From a virus (taxonomy: Duplodnaviria > Caudoviricetes), in IMG/VR virus record IMGVR_UViG_2595698754_000001, positions 3,171 through 67,170 of that record: a stretch of 64,000 bases of DNA, one strand, 5' to 3'. The first letter of the stretch is position 1, and each line of letters begins with the position of its first letter. Shown piece by piece: positions 9,816 to 20,379 of this stretch. Below the pieces are notes generated by a model. It ran no database searches and was not told the origin of the DNA. It was given only the letters and a program-made list of their open reading frames with translations. The translations under genes were made by a program, and so were the position numbers.

Positions 9816-10179
9816 TGTAATAGGAAGTCACACATTTTTAGGGGATATTATTAAAGTAACAAATGAGATAACTCAGGCAATGGATGACGTTGGGGAATTG
9901 TTTGTAGAACAGATTAGGTCAAATATAGCTGCGAATGGTAACATACTTACAGGTGCTATGTATGATAGTGTGAGGTATGAACCAACTGGTTCTTCTCAAA
10001 TATCTATTATAATTGATTCTAAAAACCCTAAAGATGGCGTTGCTTATGCTTCCTATGTTGAAGAAGGTACATCTCATTCTCAAGCATTCTTTAACGTACA
10101 GGATGCTCAAGCTATTATAGAGCCACAAATAGCTAACATGATTGATGATAAAATTAGTAATATTCTAGGAGGATTTTAA
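9793..10179 (+). CDS. HK97 gp10-like tail completion protein
   Basis: TGAMYDS and YASYVEEGT motifs; TTG start after AAAGGAG. Confidence 0.75.
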   Translation: MAQMVGINVIGSHTFLGDIIKVTNEITQAMDDVGELFVEQIRSNIAANGNILTGAMYDSVRYEPTGSSQISIIIDSKNPKDGVAYASYVEEGTSHSQAFFNVQDAQAIIEPQIANMIDDKISNILGGF

Positions 10180-10598
10180 TGGCTGATATAAATGCAGTTC
10201 CTCCATATGCTGAAAATATATCAGCTTCTAATGCACTACAGGAAGCTATATATAATGAACTAAATAAAGATTATGAAGTATTTGACGGTTGGCAACACGA
10301 TTCCACCTATCCTTATATTGTTATTGGAGATGAGACATTAATTTATGACTCTTCTAAGAGTGGACAAATAACTAGACACCAACTCCATATCGATATTTGG
10401 GACTCGAAAAATGGCTCCTTAAGAATTAAACAGATTACAGATGATGTCATAAATCGTCTAGGAACTACTTTACAACTAGCTGATGGGTATTGTGTAGCTA
10501 AATTTGTTGCTACTAATATAGATTTTAAGCGGGCACAAGTAGGCGTTCAAGATTTTCAAAGAGCGTATGTGACCGTAACTTTTACAGTTCTAAAATAA
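10179..10598 (+). CDS. tail terminator (DUF3168-like)
   Basis: ALQEAIY..YPYIVIGD..IDIW pattern. Confidence 0.8.
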   Translation: MADINAVPPYAENISASNALQEAIYNELNKDYEVFDGWQHDSTYPYIVIGDETLIYDSSKSGQITRHQLHIDIWDSKNGSLRIKQITDDVINRLGTTLQLADGYCVAKFVATNIDFKRAQVGVQDFQRAYVTVTFTVLK

Positions 10599-10621
10599 AA
10601 TGTAAACGGAGGAAATAATAC

Positions 10622-11332
10622 ATGGTACAATGTGCAAGTAACTTTAACCGTGGCGTAGAAATCATCATCAAAGTAGATGACCCTAATAACGCTGGGGCAA
10701 TGATTGCAGTAGGCTATCAACGTGGTGGTACTATTAACCGCGAAGCTGACACAATCGATGCAAGCTCCAAAGAGGATTTCGGATGGGGTAGTTCAGAGTA
10801 CGGCGTACGTACTTGGTCTATTGATTTAGATGGACTGTTAGTAGGTACAGATGAAGGTCAAAAACGTTTACGTGCAGCCTTCACAAACAAAGAATGTGTA
10901 AGCGTAGAAGTAAGTTACCCTGATGGTGGTGTGGAATATGGTACAGCCATTCTAACTACCTTCAACTCAGACTTCCCTTATGATGACATTGCAACTTTCG
11001 AAGGAACACTTACTGGTCGTGGAGAATTATACTACACAGAGCCACCAATTGTCAACCCAACTACTTTGACTACAAGTGCTCTTCCTTCAAATATTGCAGT
11101 TAACACACCTTTCCAAATCGTAACTTCGATTCAACCAACTAATGCTCCACAAGGAACTCAATTTGAGTATGTAAGTGGTACTACTGCTACAGACTTGAAA
11201 GTAGAGAAGATTTCTGGAACAGAAGCTTACAAAGTGACACCACTTAAGACTGGCTCATTTGGAGTTAAATTTACAGCTACTGCATTAAATACTGTTTCTC
11301 AAACAGTTACAATTGTAGTACCTACACCCTAA
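10622..11332 (+). CDS. major tail protein (TP901-1-like) with C-terminal Ig-like domain
   Basis: READTIDASSK..WSIDLDG motifs; ends CCC-TAA. Confidence 0.9.
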   Translation: MVQCASNFNRGVEIIIKVDDPNNAGAMIAVGYQRGGTINREADTIDASSKEDFGWGSSEYGVRTWSIDLDGLLVGTDEGQKRLRAAFTNKECVSVEVSYPDGGVEYGTAILTTFNSDFPYDDIATFEGTLTGRGELYYTEPPIVNPTTLTTSALPSNIAVNTPFQIVTSIQPTNAPQGTQFEYVSGTTATDLKVEKISGTEAYKVTPLKTGSFGVKFTATALNTVSQTVTIVVPTP

Positions 11333-11720
11333 TGTACCGCTAGCAGCACCTGCTAACCTAACTTCCTCTGCTCCACCTACAACAGATGGAGTTAAGTTAG
11401 CTTGGGATGCTGTGACAGACGCGGACTCTTATATGGTACGTTATGGTATTGACGGAGAAACACCGGGAAATCGTATTTATTACACAGAAGTTAATTCGTT
11501 TGACTTGTTAAAAGATGTTATCTTCCATGATACAGGTGGAACAGGAGATTTAGCTGGCAATAAACTTGATGTTTCTGTAGCTGCTTCTCGTAACACTTAT
11601 GTAGGTACAGGTGCAGATGATGTTGAAAAAGCTATAGATGCTGCTAATAAAATGATGACAGCCGAAGGTTCTACTTTAGTGTGGTCTACGGTTGAACAAT
11701 TTGATATTCCATCTAGCTAA
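11328..11720 (+). CDS. +1 frameshift extension of the major tail protein (FN3-like domain)
   Basis: CCC TAA at 11327-11332; the +1 frame is open from 11328 (PNVPLAAPANLTSSAP..VKLAWDAV) to 11720 and has no own RBS. Confidence 0.8.
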   Translation, partial: PNVPLAAPANLTSSAPPTTDGVKLAWDAVTDADSYMVRYGIDGETPGNRIYYTEVNSFDLLKDVIFHDTGGTGDLAGNKLDVSVAASRNTYVGTGADDVEKAIDAANKMMTAEGSTLVWSTVEQFDIPSS

Positions 11721-11782
11721 ATACTAAAGATTAGGGGAGATTGACGGACAGTCTTTCTTCCCTTTATTTTATGAGGTGCCCT

Positions 11783-12385
11783 ATGAGACTAATTTTATTT
11801 GAAGATAAACTATATGAACTATCTTTTACTATACGTTCTGCTAAATATATTGAAGCAGTAACAGAGAAACCGTACGCAGAAGGATTAGCACATTGGAAAG
11901 AATCAGAATTAGACGACGAAGGATTGCTTTGTTGGTCTATGTTTATAAATCAAGAAGAGTTTAGAAATATCCCTTTTGCTGATTTTCAAAAAAGGGCTTT
12001 AGAATTCTTAGAATTAAAAGAGCAAGATTACATAGAAGAATGGGCGGGAACACTTGCAAAAGCATATTCAGACTCATTCTCACAAGTAGTAGATGTTGTT
12101 CCGTTTAAACCTTTAAAAGTAAACCAAGAAAACGGAGAAGACCCTATTGAAAAACTATATAAGAACTTCCTAGACGTTCGTAACATGGTAGTTACATTAG
12201 CAGAAATGGGAATAGACCCAAGATGTTTAGATGACCTTACATTTGCTGAGTACTCTGCTATACAAAAAGCAAAAGTTAAAAAGGATTTATGGGAAGCAGA
12301 ATTAATGCTGTATGAAATGTCTCCTCACATCTCCAAGAAAAACACTAACAAGATGCCAACAGCAGAGAAAGTTTGTTGGTGTTAA
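11783..12385 (+). CDS. tail assembly chaperone
   Basis: Between MTP and tape measure; GAGGTG RBS before ATG 11783; coding appears to continue in the +1 frame to 12527. Confidence 0.7.
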   Translation: MRLILFEDKLYELSFTIRSAKYIEAVTEKPYAEGLAHWKESELDDEGLLCWSMFINQEEFRNIPFADFQKRALEFLELKEQDYIEEWAGTLAKAYSDSFSQVVDVVPFKPLKVNQENGEDPIEKLYKNFLDVRNMVVTLAEMGIDPRCLDDLTFAEYSAIQKAKVKKDLWEAELMLYEMSPHISKKNTNKMPTAEKVCWC

Positions 12386-12526
12386 GATTACAAATGGAGA
12401 ACAAGAAAAAGGAGAAACTGCTAACGGAGTTATTATACCTGAGAGCAATGAGGATGCTAAGGCTATGTGGGAAGAAGCTATGGCTAAGTTTGGTAATGCA
12501 GAAAAGGAAATGGACGGTGAAAGTTA

Positions 12527-15439
12527 ATGGCAGATATTCGTGTAGTAGTAACGGCTGATACTGCTGGATTTACTCGTAAGATGAATGCAGCTGCAAGGTC
12601 TTTAGAGAAGTTTAATATGGCAGCCGTCACAACAGGGGCTTCAACAAAAACAGCTTTTGGTGGAATGAATAAAGGAATGGATGAAGTTAATAGACGAGTT
12701 AACAACTTCGGTGGAAGAGGTAAAACCAAGATGCAGAGTTTTGGTCAAAATGTTAACTCTCTTTCTAAATCACTACTAGGCGTGCCCATCGCGGCAGCCA
12801 GTGCTGGTGCTGCTGTTTATGGAGTAGGTAAATTTATTAGTAGTTCTGTAAAATCGTATGCAAAGTTTAACCAAGTAATCACAGATGCTAACGTTATTTC
12901 CAATGGTAATAAGAAAACATTTGAACAACTTTCCGAAGTAACTCTTGACATGTCCAAGAAGACGGGTCACAGTGCAGAGTCTATTGGTGAATCATTTACT
13001 GACTTAGCAAAACGTGGTTATACAGTAGCAGACTCTATTAAAATTCTACCTGCTCTACTAAATGCAGCAGATGCTTCTCAAGAAGACTTATCCATCACAA
13101 CCGATACCGTTTCCGCAGCACTTAAAACGTGGCATATGGAAGCTAGTGAAGCTGGCGGTGTGGCAGATAAACTTGCTATGGCTTCCGATGCTACCGCAGC
13201 AGGTATGAAAGATATGAGTTATGTATTTAAATATGCAGGGGCACCCGCTCAACAACTAGGTATTTCAATTAGTGAAGTAGCTGCCGCTGCTGGTTTACTA
13301 CGTGACCGCGGTATTTCCGCTTCAACAGCCGGAACTGGTTTACGTAAGATGTTTATCTCTTTGGTAAACCCTACTAAGAATGGTGCAGAAGCTATGAAAT
13401 CTATTGGTTTCTCTGCCACAGATGCTTCTGGTAAATTTAAAAGTATTGGAACTATCATCAATGATTTAAATAAAGAGATGGCTGGAATGTCCAATGTTGA
13501 ACGCTCTAAGATGGTTACACAAATGTTTGGTGTTACTGCCATGCCTTCTGTACTACAGCTACTAAACGCTGGTGGTGACGCTTTCGAGGATATGACAAAG
13601 AAAATTGAGAACTCCGCAGGTAAATCTGACTCAGTGGCTAAGAAAATGCGGGACACTACAGAAGGTTCCATAAATAGAATGAAAGCTAGTTGGGAATCTT
13701 TAAGGATTTCTATAGGTAAGGCAATTGATAAACCAATGAAAGATAGTTTGAATACATTAACAAAAGGGTTAAGTGCAATATCTAAAGAAATTGAGGATGC
13801 AAATGCTAACTATGCAGACACGGACAGACGTGTTAAAAATGTTGAGGATAGCACGAAGAAAAAAGGTGAAAAGGGCGACCAAGTTTCAGCAGAAGACATT
13901 TTTAAAAACCAAAAAGAATATGAGAAGAAACAAGAAGAATTCCAAAAAGCAACATGGAGTCAAGATATTAAAGTTAAGAAAAGAGGATTAACTGATAGCA
14001 CATTCCAAAAAATGATAGATGGCTCCAAAGAAACTGCTAAAGCATATGGAATCCAAGGAATGGCATTTAACAAACTTGACAAAATAACCCAAGCTGGACT
14101 AGGTTCCATGTTAGCTGCTTCCAACAAATTTAAATTTGTGTCAGCTGGAAATATGGAAGCATATAAACAAACTTCTAAATCTGCATATGAAGCTGTATCG
14201 CAGATTGCTGTAGCTACCCTCACTATGGAAGGAAATAAGTTAAAAGAATTCTCTGCATCAAAAGTACAGACAATAAAAGATGCGAACACCAGTGCACTAA
14301 CCGCACAACAAGAAGGTCTTTCTTCACAACAAAACATCTTAGCTACCTTCTTTGAGAAGAACAAGAATATGACGGATGAGGATAAGTACTTTGCTATAAA
14401 AACAGTCAAAGATTCCAATCAAGAAAAACAAGCTTTAATGATGAAATATAACGAACAACAATTAGCTTTAGTAAATGATTTACAATCTAAAGATATTGGA
14501 ATAAGAAATGCTGCATTAGCTAAGTATCAGTCTATTGAACAAGAAAAAAATACCTTACTTTTACAAGCAGAACAAGGTACCAATGACCAGCTGTTAGCAC
14601 AAATTGAGTACTTTGAAAATTCTCGCCAAACTATTTCTAAAGAGTCCAAAGATAAGATAATTGCAAACGCTGAAGACCAACGTAATAAAACGGTAAATGC
14701 AGCTATGGAACAAGCAGCTCAAACAATAGCTGCAATTAATGGTATGAGTGATGAACAGATAGCTGCCACAGGGAGAACTAAGGCACAGCTTATTGCAGAT
14801 GCAACTCAACAAGCAGATGAAACTATTCGCCAAGCAGATATTATGTATAATGAAGTAATGGATAAAATCAAAAAGCTAGAACAAGGAGCTAAAGATTCTA
14901 AACCTACTATTATTGTTTCTGCGGAAACATCAGATGCAGAGAATAAGATGAATGCGTTTAAAAGTAAATGGGACAAAGCTCAATTCACAGCTTCTGTTAA
15001 AATAGTACAAGGAGTAGTTAACACTCCCGGTGGTGGTATTGGTAAAGTAGCTGTACAGAAAAAGAATCAGAATAAGTACTTTGGAGATAATTGGATTTCC
15101 CGAGCTCATGGTGGTATGACTCCTAGTGGATTGCCTCTTGGTGTTTCCACTGGTCAAAAATCGGTAGCTAACACCACTAATCAGAAATTTGCACGTGGCG
15201 GAGTAACCTATGCAGAAGCTGGTCGTGAAATGGTTCTACCACTTGCTAACGCTACATACATGAGACCATTTGCTAGAAGTATTGCACGTGAACTAGATGA
15301 GGGAAATAATCCAGCTACTCCTGTGATTACTGTTCCATTATACATCAATGGTAGAGAATTTGCAAGAGCTACTTCTGACGATATGAGTCGTGCTCAAACA
15401 AATAAAACTAATATAAATAACCGATACAAAGGGGTTTAA
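12527..15439 (+). CDS. tmp: tape measure protein (TP901 family core)
   Basis: 970 aa, Ala/Gly-rich helical, SASTAGTGLR motif, C-terminal FARGG..AEAGREMVLPL. Confidence 0.93.
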   Translation: MADIRVVVTADTAGFTRKMNAAARSLEKFNMAAVTTGASTKTAFGGMNKGMDEVNRRVNNFGGRGKTKMQSFGQNVNSLSKSLLGVPIAAASAGAAVYGVGKFISSSVKSYAKFNQVITDANVISNGNKKTFEQLSEVTLDMSKKTGHSAESIGESFTDLAKRGYTVADSIKILPALLNAADASQEDLSITTDTVSAALKTWHMEASEAGGVADKLAMASDATAAGMKDMSYVFKYAGAPAQQLGISISEVAAAAGLLRDRGISASTAGTGLRKMFISLVNPTKNGAEAMKSIGFSATDASGKFKSIGTIINDLNKEMAGMSNVERSKMVTQMFGVTAMPSVLQLLNAGGDAFEDMTKKIENSAGKSDSVAKKMRDTTEGSINRMKASWESLRISIGKAIDKPMKDSLNTLTKGLSAISKEIEDANANYADTDRRVKNVEDSTKKKGEKGDQVSAEDIFKNQKEYEKKQEEFQKATWSQDIKVKKRGLTDSTFQKMIDGSKETAKAYGIQGMAFNKLDKITQAGLGSMLAASNKFKFVSAGNMEAYKQTSKSAYEAVSQIAVATLTMEGNKLKEFSASKVQTIKDANTSALTAQQEGLSSQQNILATFFEKNKNMTDEDKYFAIKTVKDSNQEKQALMMKYNEQQLALVNDLQSKDIGIRNAALAKYQSIEQEKNTLLLQAEQGTNDQLLAQIEYFENSRQTISKESKDKIIANAEDQRNKTVNAAMEQAAQTIAAINGMSDEQIAATGRTKAQLIADATQQADETIRQADIMYNEVMDKIKKLEQGAKDSKPTIIVSAETSDAENKMNAFKSKWDKAQFTASVKIVQGVVNTPGGGIGKVAVQKKNQNKYFGDNWISRAHGGMTPSGLPLGVSTGQKSVANTTNQKFARGGVTYAEAGREMVLPLANATYMRPFARSIARELDEGNNPATPVITVPLYINGREFARATSDDMSRAQTNKTNINNRYKGV

Positions 15440-15443
15440 AAAT

Positions 15444-17534
15444 ATGGCAGGATATACAGGTAATCCAGCTTTTGCAGAGTATTTTGTGGAAGCTTCAAAT
15501 ACTACTTTATACAAAAATACCACGGATTTTGGAAGTGTCACTTTAGATTTAGAAAACACGTCATGGACAACAGTTAGTGCTCTTCCTGTAACTCTTACTC
15601 CAGATTCGGCAGATAGTGAAGTGCATCAAGTTCTTATAAGCTTTGATGCTGTGCACACTGTAGAACAGAACTTCCCAGATTTTTTCGGAGATGTTTTTAC
15701 AGAAGATGAAAAACGTGCTAAGTTACAAACACGTCTAACTCGTATATCAATTCTTCCCAGTGGTTTGGTAACGGATACAACTAACTGTGATATTGTTTTA
15801 AATAGCTCAGTAAGCCAAAATAATAATCTAGTACTTTCTAGACCTGCTCTTAACACTAGTATACAAACTAGTTCAGATGCGGGACAGTATGTTTATCCAG
15901 ATGGAAGTATTCGTGTAAGTGTTCTGGCATATGATACAACGACAGTAACAGGAAAGAGTAACGTGTTCCTTTACTTTGACTACTCTCCTAAGGAAGATGC
16001 AAACCCAAGAACCTTCTCGTTGAATGGAGTAAAACAACCTTGGTATGTAGGTGTACAAAAAGTTAACTACGATGCTCTACCACCTATTGTTTCTAATTAT
16101 CAACAAACCGGAAGAGGGGCAACAAATTATTTCTATAAACAATCCGCAGATGTGAGATACATTTCTATGGATATATTTATTATAGCAGATAAACCTGAAT
16201 TACTTCGTGGACGAGTACGACAATTAGCTTCTTATTTAAATCATCCAGATGAAGATATGTTATTAAGATTTTCTGATGACCCCGACTATGTGTGGAAGGT
16301 TAGATTAGATGGCTCCACTTCAATAGAAGAAGCCCTACACGTAGGGGCAGGGACATTAACATTTATTTGTGTTCAAAACTCCGCAGAAGGAGAATTAATA
16401 GAGAGGAGATTCACAAATGCAGACACTAAACCTTCTAGTATTCTTGTTAGCGGAAATGCTCCCACACATCCTTTGGTATCTATCACGATGAAAGAAGATT
16501 CAACTCATTTAAATTTAGTAGGGGCTAATGGTGATGTAACTGTAGGAACTCCTCCGGGGGATGCTAAGCCAAAGCCACCTGTGAATTTACACCCTATGGT
16601 TTTCCAAAGCTACATGAGTGCAAACGAGACACGTTGGACAAACTGGTCTTCCGGTTTTAATGGTTTAGGTTCGCAAGGTTTTAAATATGGAGGAACTTTC
16701 TCACGAGCTAGTGACACGTTTTATATGAAACCTTCTAACTATCCGCCTAAACCTGCTAATGATGACATTGCTGCCTATTACGGAGCAGCGAATAAAGCAG
16801 CCATGCCACATGCCTTACTAAACTTTGATATGGAAGCTGTGCTTCATTTACATCATAAAATAGGTGATAAGAATGCTTCTAACTACATTTGTATCTCTAT
16901 GATTGGTGCGGATGGACAAGGTTTCATCAGTGTTAACTTAGAGTACTCCTCTCTACTAAAAGGTCAAGGTGTTTGTCGTATTGATGATGGTTCTGTACCT
17001 GATGGACTATTAAGACGAGTAAGTAATGACTGGACGGATTTTTATGGTAAGATAATGATACAGAGACGTAATGGTAAATTCCGTTGGGGAGCTGGTGAGT
17101 TCCGTAATGCTAAACAATATGAAGTTAAAGATGGCTACTTCTACGGAACATCTGCCCTTCGTTCTACTTGGTGGTCTCCTTGGATTAACCTTCCACCAGA
17201 CAGCTCCATGAATACAAAGGCAACAGAAATTGGTATTGTTATTGCACGCTCAAAATGGAAGAAAAACCAATGTAACTCTGCCAAGATTGCTAATATACGT
17301 GTATGGGAAGTTCTTGACCCACCAGACACATCCACGCCACCGCTTCATCTAGTTAAGGATGACGTAGTAGATATAGATATGCAAAGTGGTCAAATATATC
17401 TTAACGGACAATTGAAACCTGCCTTGCTTGACCCAACTAGTGACTTCTTCCCACTAATACCCGGATATAATAATCTAGTAGTAACACCAGCAAATGTAGA
17501 TATGACTGTTCAATATCATAATAGAGTATTTTAA
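15444..17534 (+). CDS. dit: distal tail protein (evolved Dit with extra domains)
   Basis: Follows TMP; LRFSDDPDY..GTLTFIC and SDFFPLIPGYNNL Dit motifs, with an N-terminal extension and an internal insert. Confidence 0.8.
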   Translation: MAGYTGNPAFAEYFVEASNTTLYKNTTDFGSVTLDLENTSWTTVSALPVTLTPDSADSEVHQVLISFDAVHTVEQNFPDFFGDVFTEDEKRAKLQTRLTRISILPSGLVTDTTNCDIVLNSSVSQNNNLVLSRPALNTSIQTSSDAGQYVYPDGSIRVSVLAYDTTTVTGKSNVFLYFDYSPKEDANPRTFSLNGVKQPWYVGVQKVNYDALPPIVSNYQQTGRGATNYFYKQSADVRYISMDIFIIADKPELLRGRVRQLASYLNHPDEDMLLRFSDDPDYVWKVRLDGSTSIEEALHVGAGTLTFICVQNSAEGELIERRFTNADTKPSSILVSGNAPTHPLVSITMKEDSTHLNLVGANGDVTVGTPPGDAKPKPPVNLHPMVFQSYMSANETRWTNWSSGFNGLGSQGFKYGGTFSRASDTFYMKPSNYPPKPANDDIAAYYGAANKAAMPHALLNFDMEAVLHLHHKIGDKNASNYICISMIGADGQGFISVNLEYSSLLKGQGVCRIDDGSVPDGLLRRVSNDWTDFYGKIMIQRRNGKFRWGAGEFRNAKQYEVKDGYFYGTSALRSTWWSPWINLPPDSSMNTKATEIGIVIARSKWKKNQCNSAKIANIRVWEVLDPPDTSTPPLHLVKDDVVDIDMQSGQIYLNGQLKPALLDPTSDFFPLIPGYNNLVVTPANVDMTVQYHNRVF

Positions 17535-17545
17535 GGAGTGAAACC

Positions 17546-20332
17546 ATGTTAACCATTTACGACAGAACCGGGCACATTGTCGCCCATCTTACAAATCAAT
17601 CCCCAGACGGTGTTCCTTACTGGGATGACGAATATGTGAACAATTCTGAAACTGGTGAGGTATCATTCGTATTTACAACTCCACTGGGAACTTCTGTTAA
17701 TCAATATTTGACAGGTCTAAACCGCCTGTCATTTGTTGACGAGGACGAAGAAGAACTTTTATTTACTATTATTAAAGTAGATGAAAACTCTGATAGAGCT
17801 AATCCAGTGGCAGTTGTTTACTGTGAAGGTATTCAAGTTACCGAATTAAATTCATCTTTCTCTAATCCATATCGTGGTAACACTTTCCAAGATTGTATTA
17901 AAGCTGTACTATCTAACACGTTGTGGACATACAAAGATTATTCAGGAATTAAAGCGGGAGCAGGAGGTTTTGAGTCTACAGAAACACAAACTGCCTTAGC
18001 TGCTTTGCTTCAATTACAAGAACAATACGATGTGGTATATAGTTTTACATGTGTTTCAGACGGTACCAAAATTACTCAGCGTGTTGTTAATATTTATTCA
18101 GTTAAACCAATACATGAAGGTAAATACTTTATATATGATAGAGATTTAGTTAGTGTAGAGAGAGTGGTGGATTATACTAATCTATGTACAGCCATCATTC
18201 CAGTATCCCAGAAGAATGGTAATGGGGTAAGAACTAACCTAATTGGTTATACTGCCAATATAGGTGACAAAAACTTCACTAAAGCTAAAACAGATAATTA
18301 TATTGTGTCTAAATCAGCTCTAAGAGAGTGGGGTATTGAAGGTAAGAATACTTTTGGTCTTTATGTTTCTTCTACTACTGGTGTGACACAAGCAGGTCTT
18401 GTGGTCGAGGGCATTGAAGAATTAAAGAAACGCAGTCAACCAGATATTTCATACACGGTTAACGTACTTGATTTAGAAGCACTTGGATTCCAAGGAGAAG
18501 ACGTACACAACGGGGACACAGTGTGGGTGAAAGATAATACATTTAATCCACCACTAGGACTTGAAGCTACTGTAATCGAGCTAAGAAAATCCAATACAAA
18601 CCCAGAGAATAATCAAATTACTTTCGGTAAGTTCATCCCAATAAATGTTCAAGATGTTCCAGCGATTGAAGCTATTAAAGGTGAGTTATTTGCACTTAAT
18701 GATAGTTTAAATAATGCAAGTTCTGCAAACATTATGTTAAATGCGGATTTCCGTTCAGAGTATCTTGAGTGGGATTTCCCACAATCAGCTTCAACAATTA
18801 TCTTTCCGCAGGCAGAAGGTCTAGGAGAGATTCAAAACTATTGTTCATTAGGTTGGACATCTCCGTTGCAAGGTCTTGACATGATGACACAAGAAGTACG
18901 CTCTCCTAACAGATTGTTTGGACACAAGATGTTGTATAGTTGGTATGAGAGAGGTTCTGTTACGGGTGGAGAAGTTTCCACAACGGTTACAGTCACTTAT
19001 ATGCAATCAACTGGTGTATCCAAGACAGTTACCTATGGAGACGGATTAACTTTTACAGACCCAACTTCTGTTTGGATTAGACGTGGATTCATTGTTGACT
19101 TAAGTAAACTAAAAGCCACTGAAATATTATCAGTAACAATGACATATTATTTCCCAACTGGTTTGATGGGAGGATATGATTTTACTGGAACAATGTTTCA
19201 AGATACGAATGTTTCCCTCGATGCGGGGTTAATTCCAGAAGAGGATTCTATTATTGCTCCTTCTTCTGCACCTGTATTGTTGAAGTCTACTTTAAAATCA
19301 GCACCTCCTGCTCCTAGCCTTTTCGCAACTAGTGTAGATGATGGAACAGTTACTAATCCTTTAGTAGCAACCTATTCAGCAGATGTTAACCAATCCTATG
19401 TACCACCAGAGGGTTCGTGGAAATATGGAGACCCAGCTTTGACTGGAACTAACTTGGGTTCTATCATGTCACAATCTGCTAACGACATCCTTATTCAATC
19501 AGAGCATGTTACAGTACGTAACAGCAACTTAACACTAGATAACTCTGGAATAGAGATTAACGGCGGTTCCTTCCGTATCGTTGATGAAGGTTTAGTACAA
19601 TTAGCACAGACAGCTTCTAACTTCCTAGCTGACCCTATTATTTCCAGTAAAGAAATTCAAGTCATCCAAAACAACGATGGATTAGACTCTATTCCAATCT
19701 GCACAGACTTTGCAGCATCGAATGAAGCAGGGCTTCCAAATCCACAACGTACAAACCCATTCAACTGGTACAGCTCGACAGGGACACAGTCTAATGCAAG
19801 ACTTTCAATTGAAACACCATTTCCATCTGGGTATAGTTTAGCTGTTTGTCCTAAGTGGAATAACGCTTGGTATCAATCTTTACATTTACGTGCTAAAGTA
19901 AACTTCTTACCTGCTGGAGCAAGCCCAACATTGTATGACACAAGCTTAAAGAATGCTTCTGCTTTGACAGTTTCCTTCTGGGCTAAAACAAGTAACGTAT
20001 CAACATCCGCAGAAATGGACATCCGTGTTATCTTTAGAACTCAAAGAGGTAAACAAAGTGCCAACCCAGACCCGGGTGCTGATATTCTTGCACAAGTTGT
20101 TCCCATTACAAGCGAGTGGACTAGATATGCTTTCACGTGGGATAGTTCCGTTGATGATGAGTTCGATGTGAATGATACGGATATGCGTGTTATGTTTTCA
20201 CATTCGGGAACTACTACAGACAATACAGCTGTAGGTCTTATTTCTGGTGTTCAACTTGTGTCTGGAACTTATCCAGCGATTTTCCAAGCTGAGACAACAA
20301 CTTCTGCTATGCTACAAGGTTTCTTAAAATAG
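17546..20332 (+). CDS. tal: tail-associated Tal/spike protein with C-terminal carbohydrate-binding-like domains
   Basis: Prophage endopeptidase-tail type N-terminus (LCTAIIP, GDTVWVKD); C-terminal LTVSFWAK..TSEWTRY CBM-like motifs. Confidence 0.8.
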   Translation: MLTIYDRTGHIVAHLTNQSPDGVPYWDDEYVNNSETGEVSFVFTTPLGTSVNQYLTGLNRLSFVDEDEEELLFTIIKVDENSDRANPVAVVYCEGIQVTELNSSFSNPYRGNTFQDCIKAVLSNTLWTYKDYSGIKAGAGGFESTETQTALAALLQLQEQYDVVYSFTCVSDGTKITQRVVNIYSVKPIHEGKYFIYDRDLVSVERVVDYTNLCTAIIPVSQKNGNGVRTNLIGYTANIGDKNFTKAKTDNYIVSKSALREWGIEGKNTFGLYVSSTTGVTQAGLVVEGIEELKKRSQPDISYTVNVLDLEALGFQGEDVHNGDTVWVKDNTFNPPLGLEATVIELRKSNTNPENNQITFGKFIPINVQDVPAIEAIKGELFALNDSLNNASSANIMLNADFRSEYLEWDFPQSASTIIFPQAEGLGEIQNYCSLGWTSPLQGLDMMTQEVRSPNRLFGHKMLYSWYERGSVTGGEVSTTVTVTYMQSTGVSKTVTYGDGLTFTDPTSVWIRRGFIVDLSKLKATEILSVTMTYYFPTGLMGGYDFTGTMFQDTNVSLDAGLIPEEDSIIAPSSAPVLLKSTLKSAPPAPSLFATSVDDGTVTNPLVATYSADVNQSYVPPEGSWKYGDPALTGTNLGSIMSQSANDILIQSEHVTVRNSNLTLDNSGIEINGGSFRIVDEGLVQLAQTASNFLADPIISSKEIQVIQNNDGLDSIPICTDFAASNEAGLPNPQRTNPFNWYSSTGTQSNARLSIETPFPSGYSLAVCPKWNNAWYQSLHLRAKVNFLPAGASPTLYDTSLKNASALTVSFWAKTSNVSTSAEMDIRVIFRTQRGKQSANPDPGADILAQVVPITSEWTRYAFTWDSSVDDEFDVNDTDMRVMFSHSGTTTDNTAVGLISGVQLVSGTYPAIFQAETTTSAMLQGFLK

Positions 20333-20338
20333 TATAAC

Positions 20339-20379
20339 AAAAAAATCCCCCACCGTCAAGTCTGGTGAGGGGTTTTCTT
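20339..20379. terminator. bidirectional intrinsic terminator
   Basis: A7-TCCCCCACC...GGTGAGGGG-TTTT between convergent operons. Confidence 0.8.

Noticed and set aside
13249-15157. Long antisense ORFs inside the tape measure gene (similar ones in portal, helicase and AAA genes)
   Set aside because: Shadow ORFs produced by codon bias of the sense gene; no RBS or motifs.
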